From Burkholderiales bacterium (GTDB lineage Bacteria > Pseudomonadota > Gammaproteobacteria > Burkholderiales > Burkholderiaceae_C): DNA of 64,000 nt. Each line of letters starts with the position of its first letter. Position 1 is the first letter of the stretch. The stretch spans positions 221 to 64,220 of the forward strand of contig CANFXR010000003.1 in NCBI GenBank assembly GCA_947451035.1, written 5' to 3'. Position numbers and translations under genes: made by a program. Under the pieces are notes generated by a model. That model saw only the letters and a program-made list of their open reading frames with translations. It ran no database searches and was not told the DNA's origin. This document shows, piece after piece, positions 1 to 8,579 of the stretch.

Positions 1-2
1 GC

Positions 3-2612
3 TTGCTCGATGACGAAATGTGGCTGCACCGCCTGCGGCAGGCGAGCGCGCTCAGCGGCATCACGCTGGTGGCCGCGGGCGATGTGCACTTTCATGTGCG
101 CTCGCGCAAGCCGCTGCAAGACGTGCTCACCGCCACGCGCGTGGGCCGGCCGCTCACCGAATGCGGCCTGGCGCTGCAGCCCAACGCCGAGCGGCATTTG
201 CGCACCCGCGTGCGCCTGGCGCAGACCTACCCGGCCGAGCTGCTGGCTGAAACGCTGGTGGTGGCCGCGCGCTGCCGTTTCAGCCTGGCCGAGCTGCGCT
301 ACCAGTACCCCGACGAGGTGGTGCCCGCCGGCGAAACGCCCGGCTCGTACCTGCGCCGCCTCACGTTCGAGGGGGCAGGGCGGCGCTGGCCGCAGGGGGT
401 GCCGGCGGCGCTGCAGCTGCAAATCGAGCACGAGCTCGAACTGATCGGCGAGCTGCGCTACGAGCATTACTTTTTGACGGTGGCCGACATCGTCACCTTC
501 GCGCGCTCGCGCCACATCCTGTGCCAGGGGCGCGGCAGCGCGGCCAACAGCGTGGTGTGCTTTTGCATCGGCGTGACCGAGGTCGACCCGGCGCGCATGA
601 GCGTGCTGTTCGAGCGCTTCATCAGCCGCGAGCGCAACGAGCCGCCCGACATCGACATCGACTTCGAGCACGAGCGCCGCGAGGAGGTGCTGCAGTACCT
701 GTACGCCAAGTACGGCCGCGACCGCGCCGCGCTCACCGGTGTGGTCATCAGCTACCGGCCCAAGAGCGCGCTGCGCGACGTGGGCAAGGCGCTGGGCTTC
801 AGTGTGGCCACGCTCGACGCGGTGGCGCGCGAGCACTCGCGCTGGGACGGCTGCGAGGTGCGCGCCGAGCGGCTGGCCGACGCCGGCCTGTCGGCCGACG
901 ACCTGCAGGTGCAGCAGCTGCTCAAGCTCGCCGGCCAGCTGCTGGGTTTCCCGCGCCACCTCAGCCAGCACACCGGCGGCTTCGTGCTCACGCGCGGCTT
1001 GCTGTGCCGCATGGTGCCCATCGAAAACGCCGCCATGCCCGATCGCACCGTCATCGAATGGGACAAGGACGACCTCGACGCCATCGGTTTGCTCAAGGTC
1101 GACTGCCTCGCGCTGGGCATGCTCACGGCGCTGAGCAAATCGCTGCGCTTCATCGGCGAGCGTCTGGGCGGCGTGTTCGAGATGCAAGACATCCCGAGCG
1201 AAGACCCCGCCACCTACGACATGGTGTGCCGCGCCGACACCGTGGGCGTGTTCCAGATCGAAAGCCGCGCGCAGATGAGCATGCTGCCGCGCTTGAAGCC
1301 GCGCTGCTTCTACGACCTGGTGATCGAAGTGGCCATCGTGCGCCCCGGCCCCATCGTGGGCGGCATGGTGCATCCGTACCTGAACCGGCGCCAGGGCAAG
1401 GAGCCGGTCAGCTACCCGAGTGCCGCGCTCGAGCAGGCGCTGGGCCGCACGCTGGGCGTGCCGGTGTTTCAGGAGCAGGTGATGCAGATCTCGATCCTGG
1501 CCGCCGGCTTCACGCCGGGCGAGGCCGACGGCCTGCGCCGCGCCATGGCCGCCTGGAAGCGCAAGGGCGGGCTTGAGAAATACCACGCCAAGATCATCGA
1601 CGGCATGACCTCGCGCGGCTACGACGAGGCCTTTGCACGGGCCATCTTCGAGCAGATCAAGGGCTTTTCGGAGTACGGCTTTCCCGAGAGCCATGCGGCC
1701 TCGTTCGCCTTGCTGGTCTACGCCAGTTGCTGGATCAAGTGCCACCACCCGGCCGAGTTTCTGGCCGCGATGCTCAACTCGCAGCCGCTGGGTTTTTATT
1801 CGCCGTCGCAGCTGGTGCAAGACGCCCGGCGCCACGGCGTCGAGGTGCGCGCGGCCGATGTCATGCACAGCGATGTCGACTGCACGCTCGAAGGCCTGCC
1901 GCATCCGCCGGCGGTGCGCCTGGGCTTGCGGCTGATCGCCGGGCTGTCAGCCGAGGCGGCCGCGCGCATCGTGGCCGCCCGCGGCGAGCAGGTGTTCGAC
2001 AGCGCCGACGACCTGGCCCGCCGCGCCGATTTGCAGCACCACGAGATGAAACTGCTGGCTGCGGCCGATGCGCTGATGAGCCTGTCGGGCCACCGCCGCC
2101 AGCAGGTGTGGGAGGCAGCCGCCTGGCGCGCCGCGCCGCTGCTGCTGCGCGAGGCACCCATCGATGAAGACGTGCTCGAGCTGCCGAGCGCACCCGAGGG
2201 CGAAGAGATCGTCTTCGACTACGCCGCGCTGGGCCTGAGCCTGCGCCGCCATCCGCTGGCGCTGCTGCGGCCGCAGTTGCGCGCGCGCCGGCTGCTCAGC
2301 GCCGAACAGCTGGCCGCCGTGCCCCACGGCCGCGCGGTGCGCTGCTGCGGCATCGTCACCTTGCGCCAGCAGCCCGAAACCGCCAACGGCACCACCTTCG
2401 TGTCGCTCGAAGACGAAACCGGCGTCGTGCAGGTGATCTGCTGGAAGTCGCTGCGCGAGCGCCAGCGCAGCGTGCTGCTGCGATCGCGGCTGCTGGCCGT
2501 TCACGGCACCTGGCAGCGCGAGGGTGCGGTGTGCAACCTGATCGCCGCGCAGCTCGAAGACCTCACGCCGCTGCTCGGGCGGTTGATGACCGACAGCCGC
2601 GATTTCAAGTGA
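3..2612 (+). CDS. dnaE2: Error-prone DNA polymerase DnaE2 (Pol III alpha family), 5' end cut by window edge
   Basis: The frame is open from the left edge. Pol III alpha motifs are present (GRGSAANSVVCFCIGVTEVDP, PDIDIDFEH, VFQIESRAQM, LGFYSP). An OB-fold C-terminus ends in SRDFK with no long tau-binding tail, which fits DnaE2/ImuC. Confidence 0.85.
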   Translation: MLDDEMWLHRLRQASALSGITLVAAGDVHFHVRSRKPLQDVLTATRVGRPLTECGLALQPNAERHLRTRVRLAQTYPAELLAETLVVAARCRFSLAELRYQYPDEVVPAGETPGSYLRRLTFEGAGRRWPQGVPAALQLQIEHELELIGELRYEHYFLTVADIVTFARSRHILCQGRGSAANSVVCFCIGVTEVDPARMSVLFERFISRERNEPPDIDIDFEHERREEVLQYLYAKYGRDRAALTGVVISYRPKSALRDVGKALGFSVATLDAVAREHSRWDGCEVRAERLADAGLSADDLQVQQLLKLAGQLLGFPRHLSQHTGGFVLTRGLLCRMVPIENAAMPDRTVIEWDKDDLDAIGLLKVDCLALGMLTALSKSLRFIGERLGGVFEMQDIPSEDPATYDMVCRADTVGVFQIESRAQMSMLPRLKPRCFYDLVIEVAIVRPGPIVGGMVHPYLNRRQGKEPVSYPSAALEQALGRTLGVPVFQEQVMQISILAAGFTPGEADGLRRAMAAWKRKGGLEKYHAKIIDGMTSRGYDEAFARAIFEQIKGFSEYGFPESHAASFALLVYASCWIKCHHPAEFLAAMLNSQPLGFYSPSQLVQDARRHGVEVRAADVMHSDVDCTLEGLPHPPAVRLGLRLIAGLSAEAAARIVAARGEQVFDSADDLARRADLQHHEMKLLAAADALMSLSGHRRQQVWEAAAWRAAPLLLREAPIDEDVLELPSAPEGEEIVFDYAALGLSLRRHPLALLRPQLRARRLLSAEQLAAVPHGRAVRCCGIVTLRQQPETANGTTFVSLEDETGVVQVICWKSLRERQRSVLLRSRLLAVHGTWQREGAVCNLIAAQLEDLTPLLGRLMTDSRDFK

Positions 2613-2967
2613 ATCCCGGCGAGCGCACCGCCTGAGCGAGCTGCTTTCGGGCCACGTGGGACGCCGCAGCCGCTGAACACGCCTTCAGACGGCCTTAAGG
2701 ATTGTTTCAGCAAGGGTTAACTCGTAACGACTTGCAACCAGGTGCTGCGGGATGCGCACCACACCATCGACGGACCCAGAGCCCGTTCCGGACCACGGTG
2801 CAAGCAAGCCTCCCCGGGGGCGCGGCGACGTGGCTGGGTGCTGCCGGCGTTGATCAACAGCAACGCGAAGGCATCTTCTTCAACTCACCCTCTCGAAATC
2901 GCACGTGCAAATCCCACGAACGCCCGGATACATCTGCACACCGCAAGACCCTGCGAGCGTCCAGACA

Positions 2968-3438
2968 ATGGGTTTGCCGACTCTTGATTTACTTCTTTTC
3001 GTCACCAAGACCATGCGTTTGCCTCACCTGTCACCTGCCAAATCCGACCCCAGCGCACGCCTGCTGTGGAGCGGCGTGTGCCTGGGTGCGCTGGTCTGGC
3101 TGCTCGCCCGGCAGCCGCTCGCCATGCCGTCGTGGTCCACCGTGTGGCTGCTCGCCGGCGCGCCGGTCGTCGAAGAAGTGATCTTCCGGCTCGGGCTGCA
3201 ACAAGAGCTCCTGTCCCGTGTGCGCTCGGCCGCCGTGGCCAATGTCGCCACCGCCGTGGTCTTCGCGCTGGCGCATGGCCTGAGCCAAGGCACGGGGCTG
3301 TCGCTGCTCACGCTGCTGCCGGCGCTGGTCATCGGTTCGATCTTCCAGCGCTCGCGCCATGTGGCGCCTTGCATCGCGCTGCACGCCGCTTTCAACGCCA
3401 TCTGGCTTGTCTTGCCCTCCACCCTCTTTTCAAGTTGA
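2968..3438 (+). CDS. CPBP-family (CAAX-type) glutamic intramembrane protease, small Mrt-like form
   Basis: Multi-TM protein with the CPBP signature motifs EEVIFR, FALAHG and HAAFN. The start is ambiguous (ATG 2968 or ATG 3013, neither with a clear SD). The stop lies 7 nt before the next gene. Confidence 0.7.
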   Translation: MGLPTLDLLLFVTKTMRLPHLSPAKSDPSARLLWSGVCLGALVWLLARQPLAMPSWSTVWLLAGAPVVEEVIFRLGLQQELLSRVRSAAVANVATAVVFALAHGLSQGTGLSLLTLLPALVIGSIFQRSRHVAPCIALHAAFNAIWLVLPSTLFSS

Positions 3439-3445
3439 GATCTCC

Positions 3446-6400
3446 ATGAACACTGCCCTACACACCTCGAAGTTCAAGGCCTGGAAGCAGCTGGTGGCCG
3501 TGGCCTGCGTCGGCATGCTCACGTCGATGTCCGCGCATGCCGACAACCCGGTCGCTGGTGCCACGCTCTACGCCAGCAACTGTTCGGGCTGCCACGGCGG
3601 TGCGCCGCTGACGAGCAATGGGTCCAAGATCTACAACGCGCGCAACGCGCGCCTCTGGATCCAGAGCAACATCAACAGCAACAACAGCGGCATGGGCTCG
3701 CTGCGCACCATGACCGTGCAGCAGGTCGCCGATGTGGCGGCCTACCTCGGCAACTCGCCTTCGAGCTTGACCTTCGCGTCGACCAACGTCGGCGTCACCG
3801 CGGCCACGCAGACGGTCACCGTCAAGGCCAGCCTGACGAACGCCACCTACGCGCTCAGCGCCCTGACAGTGAGCACCAGCGGCGACTTCGCGCGCTCGGG
3901 CGGCACTTGCGGCACGACCCTGGCCACAGGCCCCACCGGTTGCACGGTGATCGTGTCGTTCACGCCCACGGCAGCGGGCGCGCGCACCGGCACGCTGAGC
4001 ATTGGCCATTCCGGCACGATCACGCCGATCGCCATTGCGCTGAGCGGCACCGGCGCAGGCACCCCGGCGCCAGCCCCCGTGGCGTCCATCACACCGACTT
4101 CGCTGACGCTGGCGACCACCGCCATCGGCAACACCAGCGCGGCGCAAAGCGTGACCGTGAGCAACACGGGCAACGCAGCGCTCTCGCTGTCGGCGATCAC
4201 GCTGTCCAACCCGGCTGACTACATCATCAGCGGCGGCACCTGTGCTGCGCCTGGCAGCGTGGCCGCTGCCGGGAACTGCACCATCTCGGTGGCGTTCAAG
4301 CCGTCGGCGGGTGCCACCGGCGCTCGCAGCGGCACGTTGAGCATCACCCACAACGCCGCGGGCAGCCCCGGCAGCGTGACGCTCACCGGCAGCGCCACTG
4401 CGGCGCCGGCCCCGGTGGCCGCGCTGGCGCCCGTCTCGCTGTCGTACGGCAGCCTCAACGTGGGCACTGCGGCCTCGGCACAGACCGTCACGCTGTCGAA
4501 CACCGGCAACGCCGCATTGACCCTGGGCACGCTGTCGATCAGCAGCGGCACCGAGTTCTCCATCAGCGGCGGCACCTGCACGGCGGGCGGCACGGTCGCC
4601 GCTGCCGCCAGTTGCACCATCAGCGTGGGCTTCACGCCGTCGGCGGCAGGCGCACGCACCGCCAACCTGGTCGTCACGCACAACGCGGCCGGCGCATCCA
4701 GCACCACCAGCCTGTCGGGCACCGGCGTGGCGCTGACGCCGGTGATCGGCGTGTCGCCCACCACGCTGAGCTTCACGCAGACGATTTCCACGACATCGGC
4801 AGCCCAAACCGTGACCGTGAGCAACAGCGGCACCGGGCCGCTGACCCTCAGCGCCCTGACGCTCAGCGGCACCGCCTCGGCTGACTACACCCGCGGCGGC
4901 ACCTGCACGCCCAGCACGGTGGTGGCGGCTGGCGCCAACTGCACGGTGACGTTCACCTTCACGCCGGGCGCGGTGGGTGCCCGCACGGCCAGCCTGGCGA
5001 TCACGCACAACGCTGCCGGCTCGCCGTCAGCGGTCACGCTCAACGGCACCAGCACGGCCGCGCCGACGCCGGCCATCTCGCTCAACGCGACGACGCGCAC
5101 CTTCACGTCGCAAGTGGTGGCCACCACCAGCGCCAGCCAATCGGTGACGGTCAGCAACAGCGGCACCGCTGCCCTGACGTTCAACGCACTGACGCTCGCG
5201 GGCAGCGCCTCGGGTGACTTCACCCGCGGTGGCACCTGCACGCCCACCACGGTGCTGGCCGCTGCCGGCACTTGCACGGTGACCTTCACCTTCACGCCGG
5301 GCGCAGTGGGTCCACGCAGCGCCACGCTGACGCTCTCGTCTGATGCCAGCAACGGTGCTGCGGCGATCAGCCTCGCCGGCACCGGCGCGGCCGCTCCGGC
5401 GCCTGCCGTCTCGCTGTTGCCAGGCTCGCTGGCCTTTGGCAACCAGACCGACAGCGTGACCTCCACCGCACGCACCGTCACCTTGTCGAACCCCGGCTCT
5501 GCCGCGCTGAGCATCTCGGGCATCACCGCCACCTCGGGCTATGCGGTGACCCACAACTGCGGCGCCAGCCTGGCTGCGGCGGCGAGTTGCACCCTGTCGG
5601 TGACCTTCACCCCGGCCGGCCAGGGCGCTGCGCCTGGCAGCGTGTCGGTGGCCTCGAATGCGGCCGGCTCGCCGCACTCGGTGAGCCTCACCGGCACCGG
5701 CGTGGCCGCATCGCCGGTGCTGGCCTGGGTGGGGAGCACCACCACGCTGGCGTTTGGCAACCTGACCGTCGGTTCGGCCGCCACCACGCAGACCCTCAGC
5801 CTGATCAACAACGGCCCCGGTGCCGTGACGCTGTCGGGCTTCACGTTCGCTGGCGCGAATTCGGCTGACTACTCCGTCAGCGGTGGCACCTGCGCGCTGA
5901 GTTCGCTGGCGCAAGGTGCGAGCTGCACGCTCACGCTGTCGTTCGGACCCGGCGCGGTCGGTGCACGCAGCGCCACGCTGCAGGTCACCTCGACCGGAAC
6001 CAACCCGCCGGACGTGGCGCTCAGCGGCACTGGCACCGCACCGGCGCAGCCTGCGGCCGTGCTGTCGCCCCCGGTGCTGAGCTTCAGCGCGCTGCCGGGT
6101 GCCGCCGCCACGGATCAGACGCTGACGCTGCAAAGCTCCGGCAATGCCGTGTTGACGGTCACCGGGCTGCGCATCGCCTCGGGCTCGTTCACGCTGGCAC
6201 CGGCCGCGACCAACGGCTGCGGCACGCCGCCGTTCGACTTGATGCCAGGACAGAGTTGCACGGTGGTGGTGGGCTTGTCCGGCAAGGTAACCGCCTTGCA
6301 GGCCGGCAGCGTGTCCAGCACGCAGTCCGGTGTGCTCGAGATCGACACCAGCGCTTCCGTGTCGCCGCTGCAGGTGCCGGTCCAGGTCGTCGTGCTTGAC

Positions 6401-6553
6401 GTGGCCGCGACGCCTGTGCCCTCGGTCAGCAGCAATTCCGGCGGTGGCGGCGGCTGCTCGATCGCCCGCGGCAACACGCTGCTCGACCCGACGCTGTGGC
6501 TGCTCACGCTCGTTGCCGCCGGCGTGCTGTGGTACCGCCGCGCCCGCCGCTGA
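3446..6553 (+). CDS. Secreted monoheme cytochrome-c domain protein with eight choice-of-anchor-D/Ig-like repeats and a Cys-containing C-terminal sorting signal (1035 aa)
   Basis: ATG at 3446. Signal peptide ending MSAHA. CSGCH heme motif at nt 3581-3595. Eight repeats of about 105 aa, each with a GGTC...C-T-I/V cysteine pair. The tail reads GGGGGCS, then a hydrophobic helix, then RRARR. Confidence 0.8.
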   Translation: MNTALHTSKFKAWKQLVAVACVGMLTSMSAHADNPVAGATLYASNCSGCHGGAPLTSNGSKIYNARNARLWIQSNINSNNSGMGSLRTMTVQQVADVAAYLGNSPSSLTFASTNVGVTAATQTVTVKASLTNATYALSALTVSTSGDFARSGGTCGTTLATGPTGCTVIVSFTPTAAGARTGTLSIGHSGTITPIAIALSGTGAGTPAPAPVASITPTSLTLATTAIGNTSAAQSVTVSNTGNAALSLSAITLSNPADYIISGGTCAAPGSVAAAGNCTISVAFKPSAGATGARSGTLSITHNAAGSPGSVTLTGSATAAPAPVAALAPVSLSYGSLNVGTAASAQTVTLSNTGNAALTLGTLSISSGTEFSISGGTCTAGGTVAAAASCTISVGFTPSAAGARTANLVVTHNAAGASSTTSLSGTGVALTPVIGVSPTTLSFTQTISTTSAAQTVTVSNSGTGPLTLSALTLSGTASADYTRGGTCTPSTVVAAGANCTVTFTFTPGAVGARTASLAITHNAAGSPSAVTLNGTSTAAPTPAISLNATTRTFTSQVVATTSASQSVTVSNSGTAALTFNALTLAGSASGDFTRGGTCTPTTVLAAAGTCTVTFTFTPGAVGPRSATLTLSSDASNGAAAISLAGTGAAAPAPAVSLLPGSLAFGNQTDSVTSTARTVTLSNPGSAALSISGITATSGYAVTHNCGASLAAAASCTLSVTFTPAGQGAAPGSVSVASNAAGSPHSVSLTGTGVAASPVLAWVGSTTTLAFGNLTVGSAATTQTLSLINNGPGAVTLSGFTFAGANSADYSVSGGTCALSSLAQGASCTLTLSFGPGAVGARSATLQVTSTGTNPPDVALSGTGTAPAQPAAVLSPPVLSFSALPGAAATDQTLTLQSSGNAVLTVTGLRIASGSFTLAPAATNGCGTPPFDLMPGQSCTVVVGLSGKVTALQAGSVSSTQSGVLEIDTSASVSPLQVPVQVVVLDVAATPVPSVSSNSGGGGGCSIARGNTLLDPTLWLLTLVAAGVLWYRRARR
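3760..6400 (+). repeat. Eight tandem, diverged coding repeats of about 315 nt inside the cytochrome-c/Ig-repeat gene
   Basis: A recurring peptide pattern (S-L-x-F/L-G...V-G...Q-T/S-V-T-V/L-S-N-x-G...L...G-G-T-C...C-T-V/I-x-V/F-x-F-x-P...G-A-R-x-x-T/A-L...) was counted eight times by eye. Boundaries are approximate. Confidence 0.6.
6440..6550 (+). other. Putative C-terminal sorting signal (Gly-rich/Cys motif, TM helix, Arg cluster)
   Basis: The last 37 codons read GGGGGCSIARGNTLLDPTLWLLTLVAAGVLWYRRARR. Confidence 0.6.
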
Positions 6554-6632
6554 TGAGCCACCGCCACTCACAGCCACACACTGAACCTCACGCTTGATCC
6601 TTTTTGCCGACGAGACACTTTTGGAGCCCACC

Positions 6633-7142
6633 ATGAACAACACATCCCTGACCCGCGCGCTGCGCCTGACCGCGCTGTGCCTGGCCACCCTGGCCGCCCC
6701 GGCGGCCTGGTCGCTCGAGGCCGGTGCGGCCGCGCCTGAACTGAGCCTGCCCGGCCTGAAGGACGCGGTGTCGCTGGCCCAGATGAAGGGCAAGGTCGTC
6801 TACGTCGACTTCTGGGCCTCGTGGTGCGGCCCGTGCAAGCAGTCGTTTCCGTTCATGAACGAGCTCAAGGCCAAGTACGGCGCGCAAGGCTTCGAGGTGC
6901 TGGCGGTCAATCTCGACGCCAAGCGCGGCGACGCCGACAAGTTCCTCGCCGAGGTGCCCGCGCAGTTCACGGTGGCCTTCGACACCAGCGGCGAGAGCGC
7001 CAAGCGCTTCGAGGTCAAGGGCATGCCGTCGTCGTACCTGGTCGGCCGCGACGGCAAGATTGCTTCGGCGCACAAGGGCTTTCGAGAGCAAGATCGCAAG
7101 GAACTCGAGTCGCGCATCGTCCAGGTGCTGGGCGCCCCGTGA
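6633..7142 (+). CDS. TlpA-like periplasmic thiol:disulfide oxidoreductase (thioredoxin fold)
   Basis: Signal peptide (MNNTSLTRALRLTALCLATLAAPAAWS). WCGPC active site within FWASWCGPC. Redoxin-type length. Confidence 0.85.
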   Translation: MNNTSLTRALRLTALCLATLAAPAAWSLEAGAAAPELSLPGLKDAVSLAQMKGKVVYVDFWASWCGPCKQSFPFMNELKAKYGAQGFEVLAVNLDAKRGDADKFLAEVPAQFTVAFDTSGESAKRFEVKGMPSSYLVGRDGKIASAHKGFREQDRKELESRIVQVLGAP

Positions 7143-7180
7143 CATCGCTGCACCTTCCACCCCTTGCCGAGGATCCCGTG

Positions 7181-7417
7181 ATGCCCCATACCCCCCGACG
7201 TTCTTTGCGCGTGTTGAGCGCGCTGCTGGCCGCCAGCGCCCTGGGCGGCTGCGCCATGGCGCCCCCGCAACCCTGGGAGCGCGGCAACCTGGCCCGCCCC
7301 GAGATGACGATGGGCGGTGATCCGCTGGACCAGCGCTTCGTCCAGCACATCTACGGCAGCAAGGAAAACGCCTCGGGTGGCTACGGCGTCGGTGGAGGTG
7401 GCTGTGGCTGCAACTGA
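7181..7417 (+). CDS. DUF4266-like small lipoprotein ending in GGGGCGCN
   Basis: Lipobox LGGC after a short signal peptide. 78 aa. C-terminal Cys-Gly-Cys at nt 7403-7411. It sits in the recurrent TlpA/DUF4266/DUF3570/ApbE neighbourhood; the family call is from memory. Confidence 0.65.
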   Translation: MPHTPRRSLRVLSALLAASALGGCAMAPPQPWERGNLARPEMTMGGDPLDQRFVQHIYGSKENASGGYGVGGGGCGCN

Positions 7418-7427
7418 CCCCAAATCC

Positions 7428-8576
7428 ATGAAGACCGCCCGCAACGAAAAGGCCGGAGCGATCATCGCCGCCGCGCTGGCGCTGCCCGGCGTGATGGCCC
7501 CCGGCCTGGCGCGCGCCGATTCGGCGCCCGAGCACGGCGAGATCGCCCTGAAGTACCTGCACTACGACGATTCGCAGCCCGGCCTGTCGCGCATCAAGGT
7601 GAACGCGCCGTCCCTTTACGTGATGGTGCCGCTGTCGCCCAAGTGGTCGGTCGAGGGCTCGCTGGTGTCCGACAGCGTGTCGGGTGCCACGCCGCGCTAC
7701 CACTCGGCGATCTCCGGTGCGACCAAGCACATGAAGGACCAGCGCAAGGCGCAAGACGTCAAGGTCACGCGCTACGAGGAGCGCTCGAGCTACTCGTTCG
7801 GCGTGAGCCACTCCAAGGAGCACGACTACGAGAGCACCGCGGGCTCGCTCGATGCCAGTTTTTCCAGCGACGACAACAACCGCACCTGGAACGTGGGCGT
7901 GGGCTTTTCCGACGACAAGATCGGTTCGCACAACAACGCCGCGCTGCACAAGACCAAGCAGACCGTCGAGCTGATGGCCGGTGTGACGCAGGCCTGGACG
8001 GCCAACGATCTGGTGCAGTTCAACGTGTCGCACAACCGCGGCCACGGCTACTACTCCGACCCCTACAAGGATCCGGACGTGCGGCCCGACTATCGCAACC
8101 AGTCGATTCTGCTCACGCGCTGGAACCACCATTTCGACGGGATGCACTCGACGCTCAAGACCAGTTATCGCTACTACCGCGACAACTTCGGCATCAAGGC
8201 GCACACGCTGGGCCTGGACTGGGTGCAGCCGCTGGGCGACAAGTTCACGGTGACGCCGTCGCTGCGCTACTACACGCAAACCGCGGCCAAGTTCTATTAC
8301 GACCCGGTGTACGACCCGGACGTGGGTGCGCCCTATCCCGTGGGCTACTTCGACAACCCGCCGAAGTACATCTCCGCCGACCAGCGCTTGTCGTCCTTCG
8401 GCGCCATCACGGTGGGCCTGAAGGTGGCCATGAAGGTGACGGCGGACTGGACGGTCGATGCGAAGGTCGAACGCTACGAGCAGCGCTCCGACTGGCGGCT
8501 GGGCGGGCGCGCTTCGCCGGGGCTGGATCCGTTTCGGGCGACCTTCTTCCAGTTCGGCGTGAGCAGGCGCTTCTGA
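7428..8576 (+). CDS. DUF3570-like predicted outer-membrane beta-barrel protein
   Basis: Signal peptide (..GLARA/DS). Alternating Tyr/Gly-rich beta-strand pattern. Terminal ..FGVSRRF with a C-terminal Phe typical of OMPs. Contains DSVSGAT and SAISGAT (nt 7671-7724). Confidence 0.65.
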   Translation: MKTARNEKAGAIIAAALALPGVMAPGLARADSAPEHGEIALKYLHYDDSQPGLSRIKVNAPSLYVMVPLSPKWSVEGSLVSDSVSGATPRYHSAISGATKHMKDQRKAQDVKVTRYEERSSYSFGVSHSKEHDYESTAGSLDASFSSDDNNRTWNVGVGFSDDKIGSHNNAALHKTKQTVELMAGVTQAWTANDLVQFNVSHNRGHGYYSDPYKDPDVRPDYRNQSILLTRWNHHFDGMHSTLKTSYRYYRDNFGIKAHTLGLDWVQPLGDKFTVTPSLRYYTQTAAKFYYDPVYDPDVGAPYPVGYFDNPPKYISADQRLSSFGAITVGLKVAMKVTADWTVDAKVERYEQRSDWRLGGRASPGLDPFRATFFQFGVSRRF

Positions 8577-8579
8577 GCC

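Noticed and set aside
3458-8279. Very long antisense ORFs (for example 3458..5008, 5027..6793 and 6588..8279 on the minus strand) opposite the cytochrome-c, TlpA and DUF3570 genes. Similar ones lie opposite dsbD (9329..11455), the aminotransferase gene (15701..17392), the ATPase gene (28704..31067) and glyA (49015..50394).
   Set aside because: Their translations are Arg/Ala/Gly/Pro-rich low-complexity strings with no motifs. The opposite strand in each case encodes a protein with clear family signatures. Stop-poor antisense frames are expected at this G+C level.
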